Origin: the human T2T-CHM13v2.0 reference genome, Homo sapiens
Assembly (NCBI RefSeq): GCF_009914755.1
Contig: NC_060939.1
DNA: 64,000 nucleotides
Strand: one strand, 5' to 3'
This document shows positions 1 through 19,432 of the stretch, piece by piece. Both the position numbers and the translations under genes were made by a program. Below the pieces are notes generated by a model that saw only the letters and a list, made by a program, of their open reading frames with translations, was not told the DNA's origin and did not search any database. The stretch's first letter is position 1, and each line of letters starts with the position of its first letter.

Positions 1-29
1 CAGACTGATTATTTGAAACACTACCTTTT

Positions 30-2960
30 CATGTTTCTAAATTTTTTAAATTGACAGATAAAATTATATGTATTGTCATGTAAAATGTGGTTTAAAGCAT
101 GCATACATTGTGTAATATTAAATTCTGGCTAATTAACAAGTGCTTTACCTCATATAGTTATCATTTTTGTGATGGAGAACACTTAACATTGACTATATCA
201 GTATTTTTAAAACATAACAGTATGTCATCATTAACTATAGTCACCAGGCTTTACAACAGATTTTTTAAATATATTCCTAACTATATATTCTTTGAAAGAC
301 ATCTACCCAATCCCCTTCCAAAATATCTTAGCCTCTCGCTCCACTATTTTAGTCTCTACTTCAATGCGATCAATTTTTTAAAATTCCACATATGAGCAAA
401 ATCATGAGGTATTTGTCTTTCTGTGTCTGGATTATTTCAATTAACATAATCTCCTTCATGTTCATCCATGTAATTGAAAATGACAGTATTTTCTATTTTA
501 AGGCTGAATAATAATCCATTCGTACAGAATGGATGTATGCCACATGTTCTTTATCATTTTATTTGATAATAAACCCTGAGTTTGATTTTATATCTTGGCT
601 ATTGTGAATAGTGCTGCAATAAACATAACAGCACAGATGTCTCTTTCACATACTTGATTTTTTTGATATGTGCCCAATAATGATATTGCTGTATCATATG
701 ATAGTTCAGCTTTTAACGTTTGAGAAATCTCCATACTGTTTTGTATAATGGCTACGCTGATTTACATTCAGTGCGCAAGCATTCCCTTTGCTCCACATCT
801 TTGCCAATAATTATTTTTTTGGCTTTTTATTAATAGTCATTCTAACAGTAGTGAGTTGTTATCTAATAGAGGTTTAGATTAGTCCTAACCTTAGATTAGC
901 CTTAACCTTAGATTAGCCTTATGATAATTTACCTCGCATTTTTTTCATATATTTTTTACCATTTGTATGTCTTCCTTTAAGAAATGTTTATTTACATCTT
1001 TCACCCATTTTAATAGTTACTTGTTTATTGTTCTATAGTTGTTTGAGTTTCCTGTCTATTTTGGATAGTAACCCTTTGTCAGATATATAACTCATAAATA
1101 TTTTCTCTTATTTATACGTTATTTTTCTTCTGTTGGTTGTACCTAGTGCTGTGTAGAAGCTTTTCAGTTTTCAAGTAATCTCATTTGTCTACTTCCACTT
1201 TTGTTTGCTGGGATTTTGAGGTGAAATAAATAAGAAAAAATTATTGTCCCCACCAATGTCATGGAGCTTTCACTCTGTTTTTTGTAGCAGTTCCAGAGTT
1301 TTGAGTCTTTGATTTATGTTGGTGGAGGGTCTCATTTCATTGTTCTGCCTGGAGATACTCAGTTTTCATAACACCACTTTTGAAGTAACTGTCCTTTCCC
1401 CACTGTGTGTTCTTGTCACCTTTGTGTAAGATCCTGAAATTTTATGAATTTGTTTCTGGGCTCTGCATTCTGCTTTATTCACCTATGTTTCTCTTTTTAA
1501 ACCAGTTATCATACTGTATCAATTCCTAAAGCTTTGTAGTGTATTTCAAAGGTAGTGTAATGCTTCCAGCTGTATTATTTGTGCTTAATTTCTGTTGCTG
1601 TTTAGTGTTTTTGTGATGCCATATGAACTTTAGAATTTTTGAAATATTCTAAATAATTTCATTTGTATACAGATAAGAGACTGCTTTGAATCTGTAGATT
1701 GTTTTGCTCAGTGTAGACATTTTAACAGTATTAATTCTGCCAATCAATGAACCAGAAATATCTTTCCATTTATTTGTGATTTAGAAAGTTTTTCTACTCA
1801 GTGTTTTTTAATTTTAATATAGAAATCTTTCACCATTTTGGTTACATTTATGAGTAAACTTTTTGTAGTTATTATAAATAAAATTGTTTACTTGACTTTT
1901 TCAGGTAGTTTATAGTTAATGTATAGAAATTCTGGCATTTTGAATTGGTTTAAATTTTTTATTTTTGTGGGTACTTAGTTGGAGATATATTGATGTGATA
2001 TATGAGATACTTTAATACAGGCATAGAAAGCAATAATCACATCATGGAAAATGGGGTATCCATCATCCCCTCAGGCATTTATTCTTTGTGTTACAACCAA
2101 TCTAATTTTACTTTTTTCGTTATTATAAAATGTACAATTAAAATTATTATTGACTATAGTCACCCAGATGTACTATCAAACACTAGGTCTTACTAATTCT
2201 TTCTTTTTTTTTGTACTCATTAACCATCCCTACCGTCCCCTACATTCCCCACTGCCCTTCCCAGCCTCTGGCAACTACCTCTACCTACATGAGTTATATT
2301 GTTTTGATTTTTAGCTCCGACAAATAAGTGAGAACATGGAAAGTTTGTTTTTCTGTGCCTGGCTTATTTCACTTAATCTATGGTTCCATCAATGTTGTTG
2401 CAAATAATAGGATCTTATTTTTTATGGCTAAATAGTATTCCATTGTGTATATGTGCCATGTTTTCTTTATCCAGTCATTTCTTGATGGACATCAGGTTAC
2501 TTCCAAATATTGGCTGGAGCACACTGCTGTAACAAACATGGGAGGGTAGATATCTCTTCAATGTATGGATTTCCTTTCTAGTAAGTGAATCCTCAGGAGT
2601 GGCATTCCTGAATTATATGGTAGCTTTATTTTTAGTTGTTTTGAAGAATTTTCAAAATGTTACATTCCTGTCAACAGCATACAAGGGCTCCCTTTCTCCA
2701 CTTCTCTCCAGCATTTGTTACTGCCTACCTTTTGGATATAAGCCATTTAACTGAGTCACATAATATCTCATTGTAGTTTTGATTTGCATTTGTCTGATGA
2801 TCAAAAATGTTGAGCACCTTTTCGTATGCCTGTCTGCCCTTTGTACGTCTTATGAAAAATGCCTATTCAAATATTTTGTTTATTGTTTATCAGATTACTA
2901 AATTTTGTACATTGAAAGATTTTACTGTGAATAGTTGACGAAAATTGGTTAAGTCCATTA
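30..2960 (-). mobile_element. Old L1 (L1M-type) 3'/ORF2 fragments, at least two nested pieces
   Basis: Antisense L1 3'-end motifs (e.g. ataagtgagaacatg, ggctattgtgaatagtgctgcaataaacat, gatgatcaaaaatgttgagcaccttttcgtatgcc); boundaries approximate. Confidence 0.7.
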
Positions 2961-3559
2961 AGACATGCTTCCTGCCCCTCACAACTCACCCACGCTGTTC
3001 TAGTCTCTCCGTAAGTGTCAATTCTGAAGGCCACAACTTCCATAACTTCCATATCTTCTCAGTATTACATTTCAAGATGAATATATTGTGCTTTACTCTG
3101 GCAACATGTCTTCCATAAAATGAGAATACACATCTGGGAAAAGGGAAAATAAATTACCTCACTTATTAGATTCAGGTGAGTACGTGTTAGAAACCTAATG
3201 TATAAAGTTATGTCAAGCACATTAGCAAAATGGCACAATAAAAATCATAGGCCCTAATTTCTTCATATACATATACACTTAACAAAAATATCCTGAACAA
3301 AATTCCATTGTGATAAGTTTAAAAATCAAGAGTTTGCAGCACCCCAGGCAAGCAGAATGCCAAAAGCCAAATAGTAGAGGAAGGAAAATTTGTTGCATTT
3401 ACCCACCACAGCCCTTCTTCCTCTCCAATGCAGCATGATGCTTATAGAAGTAAACTTCTGACTTCTTTCTGAAGAAAGAAAATAAACACACAATCCCAGA
3501 GTAGACACAGCCTGAGAACAGGCTTTAGAAACCTCCAGAATCTCTAGCCTGGTCAATTG

Positions 3560-6426
<2,867 letters not shown>

Positions 6427-7189
6427 TCATCTTTGAATTAAACCCCACCTTGATTTAAAGTGTATATACAGAGTTGCAAATTGTCATTCAAAATTATAAT
6501 ACATAGGTAAAACAGAAACACAATAAACTGCCTATAAATGTATCCTTACTAAAAACACAGTAATTAGGAATTGCAAGACAAGATAAACATTTACCTATAA
6601 AATTCTGTATGCAACATTGATATATCATTATAACACCTTTTTCTAGGTAACTACCGAGTTCACCTGTGATTGTGCACCTATGGAGCGCACATACTTGGAA
6701 TCATTGATGTCTACTGTATGGCAGTAAAATTTTACAGAAAATGCACTACAGACATTAAGAAAATGCTCTAGTAAAATTTTTTTAATGATTATGTAAAGAC
6801 AGTAAAGATAATGTGTTACTATTAATATATTGATGCTATTTTCACAGAAAATAAAAAGGCTGCAATTCACTCTTTAGAAGCAAAGAAAAGCATTAGACTT
6901 TGAAATAAAGTAAAACCATGTATGTTGTAAAATATGAGTTATATACAATGCAAATATTTTGAAATAATTTTTTGTAATTTATCATTTAGATGTAGGTTGA
7001 GAAAACAAAAATGTTAATGATTCCTACATGATTTCAGTTAACTGTAATGTACAAATGAACATTTTAATAAATAGGGAGTGCCTGTCTGATTTACTTCTTA
7101 CATGGTGTGGAAATTATAGCATATTGTTCTGAATGAATCTAAAATAACAGACAAATTTGTAATACAGCAAAATACAAAGTGAAACCATA

Positions 7190-9600
<2,411 letters not shown>

Positions 9601-10020
9601 ACACATTTACCTGAAAACCAGCCATTTCATCTTCTTTCTCTTTCTTCTCTGAGTTTTTGTCAGGTGAGATTCTCTGGACAAGTCATGGCTGTATGTTGAT
9701 AATATGCCTTAAAAAGCATCAGTACAACCCCTTTACTTGCTACGACTACAGCTACAGGGAGAAGGAACTAGAAGTGCAAAAAAGTCCACTCTTCCCTGTC
9801 CTTTATCCCAGGAGAGAGTCAGGAACAATGAGCTCCTACATAAAGATCAAAATGTGTTTCTCATTTCCTGCTTTCAAGTGTCCTCTCCTATCAAAGACTC
9901 AAGCAACTTTTGCTGCAGCAACTGGACTATGGGCTGCACTAACCACCGTATCAAATCCAAGCAGAGCAGATCCTGTGACCTGGAGAAAGGAGCCGGCTGT
10001 CCTTCCCTGCTGTAACCTAG

Positions 10021-10538
<518 letters not shown>

Positions 10539-11099
10539 TAGTCCAATTATTAAAATAAATGCTTTAGTTGTCTGAGCAACTGTATTTTGTATCTGTCAAA
10601 TCCACAAGCCTAACAATTTTACCTTTCTGAAATATCTACCACGTGTTCAAAGTCAGCACGCTACTCCTAGTTCTGCAAGGCACTGAAAGTACATAGAAAG
10701 AAAGAAGGGGGAAGCACATTTAAGAAACAGGTTTTCTGCAGGATCACAAGGGTATAACAATTGCCTATAACGGTGTGGCTACTTTCTCCGCATTCAGTCC
10801 CCGTGACTAAATAACTACTGCATTTGTGGAAGTCTCTAGGCTGGGTGCTGGACCCTAATTAATGCATTTGAAATCCAGGCCTACACTGTCCCTGGGCTCA
10901 GCGACTAACCTTAGTAGAAGCACACATTTCTCAATATGCACATAAGGCAAATAGGTGCTCACGGCAGCCAAACAGAATGCTTTGAAAAGCATTTTCCCAA
11001 TGAGCCCCCCGCCAGCCCAAACCCCCTCAAACTCCGGAATTAGGAGACATAACAGGTACTTCCACCTCAGAAGCCAAAGCCCTCTGCGACTCCTGCCAA

Positions 11100-12910
11100 G
11101 AAGGGCAGGTTGCCATGCGTGGGTCGGCTGGGCGCGTCCTGGGGCTGGTCTGCCTGACCCGGACAAAACCAGGCGGCGAGCACGCGGCGCTGCATGCGGA
11201 AAACCGGAGCTGCGCCTCCTGCCGCCCCTCAGTCGCTAGGCAGGAACCCCAGGAGAGGCTACGGTCCCCTGACCTCCACAGAGGCTCGCCAGGGCCGGCG
11301 CGCAGGGGCAGGTGGGCGCGGGGGGTGCCCTGCGGCGCCGCAGCCTGGGCCTCCCCTGGCACCCGTGGTCGGCCATCCGCCGCGTCCGCAGCAGCGCGCC
11401 GAGCCTCTCCAGTTCGCGGGCCCTCCCCGGCTCGCTCCCGGCTTTCGCAGACCTCCCCCGCTCCTGCCCTGAGTCCGAGCAGAGCGCAACGCCAGCCGGC
11501 GCCTTCCTCCTGGGCTGGGAGCGAGTGGTGCAGCGGCGGCTCGAAGTCCCCCGGCCTCAAGCAGCCCCCGCGACTAGCGCGACACCCTCGCGGGATCCGA
11601 GTCCACCCTGCCACCAGCGCCGGGACGCCGCGTGCCTCAGAGCCCAAGGGCTGACCCGGGCCTTCCAGGTGGTCCATCTCGCTCCTACGGCTCCCGACGG
11701 TGGCGCTGGGTGTACCCCATCCCGCAATTCCTACCGGCTGACCCATGTGCGCTGCGCCCAGGTACCCCGCCGGGCAGGGCTGAGCAGCCCGGACCCCGCG
11801 CTCTCCTGCGCCCAGATTCAGCGCTGCAGTCGCCAGGGAAAGTTTGCGCTCCGGACTGGCCGCGGCGCCCCGCCTGCTCTGCACCTCTCCTGGCCCACCA
11901 CGCAGCCCGCGATTCGGGATCCCAGAGGAGAGGGGTGCGGGCTGAGCCGGGGCCACGAGTCCTCTCCCGCGCTCCCGCCCTTTTACCTCACTGTCCCGCC
12001 GGGCGCACGCAGAGCTCACCTTGCGTGCCGGCCGGTGGAGGCGAGCCATAGGTGACGGTGCATCCTCCTTCTCCGCCTGCTCTCGCCCGGCTGGCAGGGG
12101 CTGGAGGCTGCCAGCGCCAACCTTCCCGGCGCTCCGGGGCGGAGCAGCTCCTGCGCCCTGCGCTACCGCAGCGGCCCTTCAGTCAGCTCCGCGCCGTCCC
12201 CAGCAGAGCCCCCGGCGCACCAGCGCCTGCTTTTCCTTCCCCGAGCGCCTCAAGCAGTCTCTGGGCCGCAGGAACAGCCCTCTGAAGAGGCGCTTGGGTA
12301 GAGGCCACCAGACACTCAGCAAACGCGCCCTCGGCCCCGCTCGGCTGAGCGGGAGGGCGCAGGGCCCGCGGCTGGACCTGCAAGGGGAGTTCCGGTTCTG
12401 CTGAAGTTTCTTTAGGGCCTTCAGCAGCGTCTTCGGCGCCTCCTGTAGTCGCCGCTGTCCTCTTGTAGTGCAGGGATGGGAGGGCAGGGTCAGGAGCCCG
12501 GCAACAGAGGCCAGTTTCAAGAGCTTTGCTCCCCTAGGGCCGGCCCCCCCTCCCTGCCCAGGCCTGGGTCCCTCCCGGGTGCTCTGAGGCACCCCCGGAC
12601 ATGCGCATGTCTTAGTCGCTCCTGAAAGAAATTGGCTTGTTGTGGGCACTCTTTTCATCTCATTCATAGACAGGAGTGCATTGCTGCCGGACGGAAAGCC
12701 AGGGTCACATGGGACTCCATTAGAATGAAACCCTTACCTAATGCAGTATATATTTGGGGGTTTTCTGAAGTTCCATTTCTTAGCAAGAAGCCTCGGTGAC
12801 AACGGGAAAGGGCCAGGGGCCAGGGGCCGCAGGTCCGAGAGCAGGTCTGGGGTGGCGCATCTGGGGTGGCGGGGCGGGATTTCCCTAGCAGGGCTTCCAC
12901 GCCACGTTGG
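11100..12910. promoter_or_regulatory. CpG island, probably a duplicated copy of the GABRA5 promoter/5' region
   Basis: Very GC- and CpG-rich ~1.8 kb in AT-rich surroundings; contains the GABRA5-like first exon listed next. Confidence 0.85.
12236..12434 (-). pseudogene. Unprocessed partial duplication of GABRA5: copy of a 5'-untranslated first exon
   Basis: Minus strand gaagacgctgctgaaggccctaaagaaacttcagcagaac...gctgagtgtctggtggcctctacc...cccagagactgcttgaggcgctcgg is colinear with my recollection of the GABRA5 mRNA 5' UTR. A partial GABRA5 duplication is known in the 15q pericentromeric repeat. No GABRA5 coding exon recognised here. Confidence 0.72.
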
Positions 12911-14229
12911 GCACTGCCTCATTAGCCACGCACATGGGGTCTTACTATGGTCATTACATAGGTGTCTTGTCCGTCCGAGTGATGCAGTTCCTGGGAGGTG
13001 AGGGTGGCGTTAATGACAGCTGGGTGGCAGCAGGGCCCCTTCAAACAACACAAGCAAGATGGGGCCAAAGCAGCACAGCCCATCGTCTCGGGGTTTCGGG
13101 GTCTTGCTTCCTCAGGAGGTGGGGGCCTCTCGACTGTAACACCCAGTGGAAAACGTTCAAGACTTACAGGAAAGCCACCAGAACATGATGGGGAGGTTTA
13201 TTTACACCACTGTCCCCTTCCTTTTGTGAAACTGCATTGTTTATATTCTCTTTTAACAGAGTCATGGTAAGAAAAGGCAAATTCTTAACTCTCCTCCAGG
13301 AAAGATCTTTGACCTTCCAGTGTAGGAAGCCTCTCAGTTTTCCAGTTACACCTAATACAGTGTATTCCAAATCTAAGTTACCCACTAGTACTTCGGCACA
13401 TTCCAGAAATTCTGAAATTTTCTGAAAAGGAAACTGGTAAGTCTATTCCAGGAGCGGGACATAAGTGTATAAATGTGCAAATATACAGGAAGCATTACTC
13501 TGAATACGCGTTTAGCCACATTATTAAATAACTGTTTCCAGTGGTTCTTCACAATATATGAATAAGATGCTCATTTGAAAGACTTTTTAAATTCTAAAAT
13601 GGATCATTGAACACGTGCATTTCTTCATTTTCTAATCTCTCAAAAGATGTATCACTAAGGTGAAATTCCTTGGTAGTCATTAAATTTTAAAAAGTTAACA
13701 ACATGGTTTTATGATCAGCCTACTATAATTTTCACCTATTAGGTGGTGGAATTCTAGGCTTAGAATTACCAGCGACAGCTGCTCGCCTCTCAGGATTAAA
13801 CAGCATAATGCAAATCAAAGAGTTTGAAGAATTGGTAAAACTTCACAGCTTGTCACACAAAGTCATTCAGTGTGTGTTTGCAAAGAAAAAAAATGTAGAC
13901 AAATGGGATGACTTTTGTCTTAGTGAGGGTTATGGACATTCATTCTTAATAATGAAAGAAACGTCGACTGTGAGTATGTTCTTTTGGTGGATTATGTTTA
14001 AAACTTCCATGTTTTTTGGTACACTTTCTATCAGTTTTATGTCAACACAACACATATCATCTTGGTAAGAATTTCATTTTCAGTGTCAGAGCCTAAAATA
14101 GCTGGAGGTGGAGAAGCATGAGTGGAACATGTGCCAGAGAGCGCCCACCCTGTCCCCCAGTCAGGGGCAGGAACTGAGATGGGTGGGTGTGTTTGCATGG
14201 GTGGGTGTGGCAGAGGTGGCTGAAACGTG

Positions 14230-14371
14230 AATGCAGTGTCATCCTATAAGTGAGACAATGTGTTATTCGTCTTTCTGTGCTTGGCTTATTTCACCAAGCA
14301 TGTTCTCCAAGTCCATCCATGCTGTCAAAAATGGCAGGATTTTTTTATTCATTAATGCTAAATAATATCCC

Positions 14372-14418
<47 letters not shown>

Positions 14419-14870
14419 TTTTTTTCATTTCTTTATCCATTTATCCATTGACAGACATTTAGGTTGTTTCTATTACTTGGCTATTGTTAAAAATGCCCAA
14501 ATGGACATAACAGTGCAGGTATCTTTTCCAGATATTGATTTTATTTCCTTTGGCTATATCCCCAAAGAAATGGGATTGCTGGGTATAGAGTGGTTGCCAG
14601 GGGCTGGGGGAAGGAGAGATGGGCAGATGTTGGTCAAAGGGTATAAAATTTCAGTTATGCAAGATGAATAAGTTCTGGAGATCTACTGTTCAACATTGTG
14701 AATATAGCTAACAACACTGCGATGTATACTTGACATTTGCTGAGGAGGTAGATCTTATTGTTCTCACCACACACATGAAAGAGGGCAGCTCTGCGAGGTG
14801 ATGGGAATGTGAATGAGTTTGATTTTGATGGCAAAGTATACATATATTAGTCATCAAACTGAACACCTTA
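14230..14870. mobile_element. Old L1 3'-end fragments in both orientations, containing a (GT)n microsatellite
   Basis: ataagtgagacaatg...ttggcttatttcac (antisense), then gggtataaaatttcagttatgcaagatgaataagttctggagatcta (sense). Confidence 0.65.
14375..14416. repeat. (GT)n microsatellite
   Basis: Direct inspection. Confidence 0.95.
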
Positions 14871-15250
14871 GAAACCAGATTTTACATCAATGAATGGTTG
14901 AATGAATAGATCTGCACTTCTGGATTTCTTTAAAAACGGGAAGACACTCCATAGCTTTAGCAACGCTGGGCACCCACCCATTCCCACCCTCCTGCACCGC
15001 CTGCATTCCACAGATACCTGACATGGGTCCTTAGAGGAACGTGATCTATCCTTTTTCACACTTTCCTCCTTTGTGTAATTAGGAAAATCGAGGCAAATGG
15101 GGCTTTTTAAAGGATTTTAATTTTTTTCTAATTTCATTGTATCTATTTTGTCTTCACTAGTGGCTTATTTACTGTATCTGTATTTTACCTTATTTTATTT
15201 TGTGATGGCTCTAGGGTTACAGCCAGCATCTTTAACTTAGTATAGCCTAC

Positions 15251-15603
15251 CTTTATTTTGTTTATTTATTTATTTATTTATTTTTGAGAAAGAGTCTTGC
15301 TCTGTCACCCAGGCTGGAGTGCAGTGGTGCGATCTCGGCTCACTGCAAGCTCCGCCTGCTGAGTTCAAGCCATTCTCCCCCTCAGCCTCCCCAGTAGCTG
15401 GGACTACAGGCACTCACCACCATGCCCAGCTAATTTATTTTATTTTATTTTATTTTATTTTTATTTTTATTTTTATTTTTATTTTTAGTAGAGTTGGGTT
15501 TCACCGTGTTAGCCAGGACAGTCTCGATCTCCTGACCTCATGATCCGCCCGCCTCAGCCTCCCAAATTGCTGGGATTACAGGCACTAGCCACTGCACCTG
15601 GCT
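15251..15603 (-). mobile_element. Alu (AluY-like) with expanded A-rich linker
   Basis: Antisense Alu with gcaagctccgcct and gttagccagga diagnostics; (TTTTA/TTTTTA)n expansion in the middle linker. Confidence 0.92.
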
Positions 15604-16780
15604 GAGGACATGTCTTTGAAAAGGTAGCATAACTCCTATTTCTAGCTGCTCTTGCAACTAAAAGTGGCTGTGTACAGAATAACTCTATTCCTCTATATCC
15701 AGTTTGGACAAACCAACTTTCCATTGATTTAAGCACACTTTCAGAATAAAGCGTAATTTCTTATCTCAGGAATTCCAAAGTCTAATGGAAGAAGCAAGCT
15801 TATACTGAATAATTTAGCAAAGCAGATTGTGCTTGGCAATAATAAAGTAATTCAATATCTGAAACATAAGAAAAGAAGGAAATATCTGTTTCATAGTTGT
15901 AATTAATTAGAACTTTACCATGCAGAATAGGTAGAGAGGCATTCCTCAAAAGATTAAGAGAGGTATAAAGTAAATGTAAATGTCAACCATAGGGGTTTTC
16001 TTAGGCAGAGAATCATGCTTTAGGGTAAATGAAGGTGATGCTGGTATTCAGGTTCCTTTGGAGAAGGCAACAATAAAAGTAGAGTTATCATTTATGAGAT
16101 CCAAGAAGCCCAAGAAAAGATAATAAGAGCCCAAGCCACAGCAGGCTCAGCCTTTTTTTCCTAAATAAAAAGGAACGAATAGCTAAATGTGACAAAAGTC
16201 AAGGTATCTTTTAAGAAAGTTACACTTCCTCTGAACCACAACAGAAATCAAAGATAGTCACTCTACAGCACTCCTTGCCTCTCTTCCAAGGATACAGCTA
16301 TGTATTGTTTTTTAAAAAAGGTAAAGGTAAAGAGACATGGTCACTTGACCATGTCTCTATCCAAGGTGAATTTCTCCAAAAGCACAACTTTGGGACACTT
16401 GTATGAGATATAGTTTAAACCCCACTGAATTTGATTTCTCACCCTCCCAGACACTTACCTTTATTATTTTCTCATATTTGTTTGCTTTTGTTTCCTTAAT
16501 ATAGTCTAGGAAATGTATCTGTGGGCTGTCCTACAGGAGAAGTTACAATGAATGGAAAAATGTGAAGAACCTTCTATTCTCCCAAGAGTATATGGCAAAG
16601 AGGGTGCAATTGCACCCAAAATATCCGTGTGGAAGGGTCACATAACTGATACTATAAAGTAACACATTGTCTTACAGAATTCTCATTCTTAGGCTAAAAT
16701 ATTATCTTCTTCATCAAACTTACTTGACTGCATGTTTGATGTTGTTTGAGTAAAATATAATACTCTTTTATTTCCCAAAT

Positions 16781-16781
<1 letters not shown>

Positions 16782-16821
<40 letters not shown>
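16782..16821. repeat. (CA)n microsatellite
   Basis: Direct inspection. Confidence 0.95.
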
Positions 16822-16824
<3 letters not shown>

Positions 16825-17000
16825 TATATTATGTTTTGGGAAATATATGTGCTATAGTATCTATATTTATTCACTTCTTAAATTTGAACTTAATTAAAAT
16901 GACAAAATGAATTTGCTGAAAGGAGTTGGTAAAATGATCAGCTGTATTCAGTCACATAACTATTGTTTAGTCTTAGTAATGAAAATAGAAAAAAAAAACC

Positions 17001-17296
17001 AACCAGGTGCAGTGGCTCACGCCTGTAATCCCAGCACTCTGGGAGGCCAAGGTGGGTGGATCGCCTGAGGTCGGGAGTTCGAGACCAGCCTGGCCAACAT
17101 GGTGAAACCTCATCTCTACCAACAATACAAAAATTAGCTGGGCGTGGTGGCACGCACCTGTAACCAGCTACTTGAGAAGCTCAGGTAAGAGAATCTCTTG
17201 AACCTGGGAGGCGGTGCTTGCAGTAAGCCGAGATTGCGCTACTGCACTCCAGCCTGGGTGACAGAGTGAGACGCCACCTCAGTCAAAAAAAAAAAG
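17001..17296 (+). mobile_element. Alu (AluS-like)
   Basis: Dimeric Alu with poly(A). Confidence 0.93.
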
Positions 17297-19432
17297 AAAA
17301 ATGAATATAGAAAAAAACGACAGACGCTAAAAGCTAAGAAAATAGTGTGTTCATTTTGGAATCTAATTCAAAATTCATTATAATGAATTTTAACGGGCCA
17401 CCAAAGGTATGTGTTGAAGTTCACTGAATATTATTCAATGTTTGAGAATTACTGACAGCACATATATTTCATTTGTAGCAATGTTTGATTTGTTTTGCAT
17501 CCATATATTTGCATTTATTTAAAACAAAAAACATCAAAGTATATTTCATCTGTTATTTGGAAAAAACATTGAGTAACTAATTGTCCAAATATAGCTATTT
17601 TCTAATTTTTAATTAAAAATGCTTCCTGTTTAAAAAAATAACTTATTTCAAAATAACTGACATTTAATGTATTTACATTTTTTAAAGTGTTCACGCACAT
17701 CTATTTAATTTCTAGATGTCTTGAAGGAATCGTCACTGTATCTGGAAGCCAGATGCCAAAGATGTTCAGTTATTATCAATGCATCTATGCATAAAGGATT
17801 GAAAATGATTCTTCATGCCATAATTTATCTAAATGTTCATTCCTTTGGAAAACTGTTTTCCACCAATAGTAACAAGACTTGGAACAAAATAAAATAGCAA
17901 TATCATATGCATTTTCTATTTCTGCACTTTTCCACTTCTGGAAATAGTCATAGAATCATCTTGTGACAGATTAATATCATCCATGATCCTAAGCCACTAA
18001 GAATAAGTGTTAGATTCTTTGGGTTAAATTGCCATAAGGACTAAATTTATTTTTTTAACCAATTCCCTAAAGAATCAACTGATATTTCTGACATAGTTTT
18101 ACAGCATATGTATCACCTCTCCATCCATTTTGCCTTAATTCTATTTCTTTTTATCCTTCACTGGTGAGGATGAGAAAACCTGGATGCATATGGGTATGGT
18201 TGATTTGAAAAGTACTTTTTAAACATTTGGAAGTTTTTCAAAACCAAAAACATATTTGCCAAGTGATCTTTTTCCCCTATATTTTAAATCCATATGCAAC
18301 TTAAAAGAAACTTAGACCATATGCTAGTTCAGATTCACTTATATTAAAATCATGAAAATTCTATTTAATAGCTCTTTGACACACAGGGAGTGTTTAAATT
18401 AAGCTTCTCTAAATTTTACATTTCTCAAAATACACTCTCTTTCCTATCTACCCTCAACTACTCCTCACTACTCTCCAAGAAAATATCAGGTTTAATTCAG
18501 GAGATGTAAGTTGGATGTTGTCAGTCCATCAACAACGATTAAGTAATTTAAAAAGCATTCTTTTCTTCACTTCTTCCCTAGATTTTTTGTTTCTTTGTTC
18601 GTTTAAATATCTCTGTGCAAGTTCTGAACAGTTTTATTTATATCAGGATCAATAATCTGAGGAATGAAATAAATTGTTGCATTTGTTGCAATAAATGAGT
18701 TTATGCTTCCTTTACAGAACATTAAGGACATGAACTTTTAAGAACATTTTAATGTTTCACTATAAATGATACTTGAGCCTTGCATTAGAATACATAAGGT
18801 AAACTTATATAAAGAAAAAATAAAAATCTTCTCCTTCTCATCTGCATTTGCAATCCCACATGCACTGAAGTAATCAATGTTAATGGTTTTCTGTCCATTC
18901 GGCCACACCTCTAATGGATGGAATTTATGTAGTGTAATTCTTTGTCAGGTACAACTACACATGAGTAAAACTAGGTGTGATTTAGAACTCAAGATTAGGA
19001 TTTTTATCTAGTAGTGAAATGGGAAGGGAAAAGCAAAAGTAAAATATACATCAACTAATGGCAGAATGGTGTATAGAAGGGAGTCATCTGTATATATGAC
19101 ATCTGATGGCCCCGCCACTCAGCTAACCCATCCACACATGAAATAATATAAGTAGACAAGTGCATTGAAAATTGTAAGTGTGACAGAAAGGTCACCACTT
19201 GATTGCTACTATTATATCGTTTTATTATTTTGTTCTCCCAACAATGTATAGCTCAAATTTATACTACAGGCTGTTCATATCCCTTAACAAAATATCCATT
19301 AATTTATGAATTTGATAAAATTCTAACTTACTGCAGTGCCCTACAAATAATAGTTTGGCCCATCTGTGGTGATGACTGTTCTGGAAGATCTTTCTGATGT
19401 TGAATAACTAATATTGTGTTTCAATGTTACTA

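Noticed and set aside
875-922. 17-bp tandem repeat (ttagattagccttaacc-like, about 2.7 copies)
   Set aside because: Local slippage inside an old L1; not telomeric and no functional evidence
6640-6790. Segment reminiscent of a snoRNA or a KRAB-ZNF 3' UTR
   Set aside because: No convincing C/D or H/ACA boxes and no zinc-finger coding sequence nearby
11027-12667. Long overlapping ORFs (up to 340 aa) on both strands
   Set aside because: Arg/Pro/Gly/Ala-rich with no recognisable domain; expected from stop-codon scarcity in a CpG island
13808-14068. ORF MQIKEFEELVKLH... with a nearby acceptor and donor
   Set aside because: No recognisable homology or supported partner exons; likely a gene-prediction artefact
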